Shown: positions 62,000-64,000 of the stretch, in pieces | Layout: every line of letters begins with the position of its first letter | Numbering within the stretch: the stretch's first letter is position 1 | Origin: Anolis carolinensis | Lineage: Eukaryota | Direction: 5' to 3' | Assembly: GCF_035594765.1 (NCBI RefSeq) | Contig: NC_085843.1 | Location: 173,205,971 to 173,269,970, forward strand | DNA: 64,000 bases | Program-made: the position numbers and the translations under genes | Notes under the pieces: generated by a model | Database searches by the model: none | What the model saw: the letters and a program-made list of their open reading frames with translations, nothing else | Told to the model about the DNA's origin: nothing

Positions 62000-62322
62000 G
62001 GTAAAGGTAAAGGTTTCCCCTGACGTTTTAAGTCCAGTCATGTCTGACTCTGGGGGTTGGTGCTCATCTCCATTTCTAAGTCGAAGAGCCAGCATTGTCC
62101 ATAGACACCTCCAAGGTCATGTGGCCGGCATGGAGCGCCGTTACCTTCCCACCAGAGCGGTTCCTATTGATCTACTCACATTGGCATGTTTTCGAACTTC
62201 TGGGTTGGCAGAAGCTGGAGCAACAGCGGGTTCTCACTTCGCTCCCGGGATTTGAATCTGGGACCTTTCGGTCTGCAAGTCCAGCAGCTCAGTGCTTTAA
62301 CACACTTCGCCACCGGGGCTCC
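62000..62322 (-). mobile_element. Full-length Sauria SINE with TSD
   Basis: Head GGAGCCCCGGTGGCGAAGTG, (ACCTTT)n tail, and TSD TATCTATCTTTAA (61987-61999, 62326-62338). Confidence 0.93.
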
Positions 62323-63464
62323 CAATATCTATCTTTAAAAAGTGCCAAAGGGTTGTGTTTTTTTTTTTTTTGCACAAATAATATGGCAAACTGGCATTGA
62401 AGCAGGGTGATGGTTTCTATCTCATGCCACCATGTACAACCTTCTGCTGTTATGCCACTTCTCTATGATAAACCTGCTCCTGCTATTGACAGAAAACCTA
62501 TAAATAATTGTAGATTGCTTACCTGTTGTGATGAGCGCCTCTCACATCTTTGCTAGCATGCCAACAATGAAGTGACAACAGGTGGTGGGATTTTCCTCTT
62601 CCACTCGCTATCTTCTTCTTTGCAGTAATTCAGTTATTTAAAGTTGTGTTGTAATTATTTTAATTAACTGCTAGAATTGAGATATTGCTTTTTAAAGGTT
62701 TTTTTTTTTTTGAAAAAAATGCAGATAAGTGGAATTGTGGAAAGGTGGGGTTACAAGATTAAATGGAAGTACAGCCACTGGCTCCCAGATTAGCAAATTG
62801 GCAAAGTTGCACAAATGTGAAGTATCACAGCTAAGGTGCTCATTCCAGTATGCTGGAATCATCTGTCATTCCGCATCTGCCATGGGATAGCAGCTACAAG
62901 CAAAAAAAAAAAAAAAAAAGGCTCTCAATTTACTCAACATGTTGTGGAAGGGGAAATTAAAAAAACAGAAAGCAAAGCATACATTTTTAGATAAGAAGAG
63001 AGATCTGAACAAGACATATAGAGTCAGGGACGAACTAAAAAATTATGTGGACAATGGAGATGGTTTGTACAGGGAGAGTGACTATGAGGACAACAACTAT
63101 AAGGGAATATTTATGAGGTTTTACATGATTAAGACTTAGATTGTTTGTATCATATTGAAGGTTCAAGAAAACTACAACTGGAAGAGTTAATGAGCTGGAA
63201 AGTAGCAAAGATTGAAAAATACTAATAGTGACCACTGTTTCATATCAATGGTGTGATGAATCACATCTGAGTTTTCCTCCAGATTTCATATTCAAGGCAT
63301 TGAATATTTTCTCCCAAAAGATTCAGCACTTTAAAACCCAGCAGGGAGTCACAACATATCTGTTGTGGAAGCTGCCCGCTGTCATGGAAATACACCTTTA
63401 TGATCCTCCAATGGCAATCTATAATGCTTTGTTGTTTAGTCATGAGCTTTTGGTTTGGCTCCAA

Positions 63465-63620
63465 TGTATGGCAACCCTATAAAAGGGTTTCCTTGGACAG
63501 GTTTATTCAGAAAAGTTTTACCATTGCCTTCCCCTGAAGCTGGGAGAATGTGACTTGACCATTTCGTTTCAATGGTCCAGCAGGGAGTCAACCTCTTATA
63601 ACTTGGAGTCTATCACTTTA
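63465..63620 (-). mobile_element. Old MIR/CORE-like squamate SINE remnant
   Basis: TATGGCAACCCTA..GGGTTTCCTTGG..TTTACCATTGCCTTCCCCTGA..GTGACTTG.CC. Confidence 0.55.
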
Positions 63621-64000
63621 CCCTTAGCATTAATAGTTGCAAAGAAAAAAACCACAAGAGGCATTTAGCCCAATCACAATACTATATTGGCTCTTATAAG
63701 AGCTTCTATGCTGGCTCTTGAAATTACATTCGATATTAATTATATCAAAGTCTATTGCCAGGCTACTGTTGCCAGCGTTCCAGTGAAGCAGAGCCTAGAA
63801 GAACAGCTTTTTGCATGGACAATAGTGGAGAAGTAGATGTAATAAAGAAATAGCCTTGTGTATGTCACTCTATGTGAAAAGGTGATAATTCATGCAGCAA
63901 TTCAAGGTTTTCACCTGTTAATTGCTACCTTACTCTTTTTAATTAATTCACATCCACTTATTTTTTATTTTATTTCAAATGTGACCTTTGTATAACAAAA

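Overview
This is non-genic or intronic eukaryotic DNA from a squamate reptile. The repeat complement (Sauria SINE, BovB, Anolis-SINE2-like/L2, CR1, Vingi, R4/Dong, Penelope) is Anolis-like. I recognised no host protein-coding exon. The main elements are: (i) an intact, very young Ty3/Gypsy element of the Tf1/sushi type at 54887-60547, with 364-bp LTRs in which I see no differences and a single gag-pol ORF; (ii) a near full-length L1 on the minus strand (~3174-9378) with intact ORF1 and only three lesions in ORF2; (iii) a truncated mariner; and (iv) many MITEs, SINEs, LINE fragments and solo LTRs. Four observations stand out. First, the Gypsy element appears to carry a 3.2-kb GT-AG intron that removes pol exactly and splices Gag in frame to an acidic tail read across the PPT into U3. 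Second, it has a Tf1-type self-priming PBS instead of a tRNA PBS. Third, three diverged solo LTRs keep a U3 reading frame encoding an acidic tract followed by an RRSxRL-like basic motif, conserved at the protein level. Fourth, a hAT element contains an inverted copy of its own left end plus host flank. All family names come from recognising motifs by eye; no database search was run.
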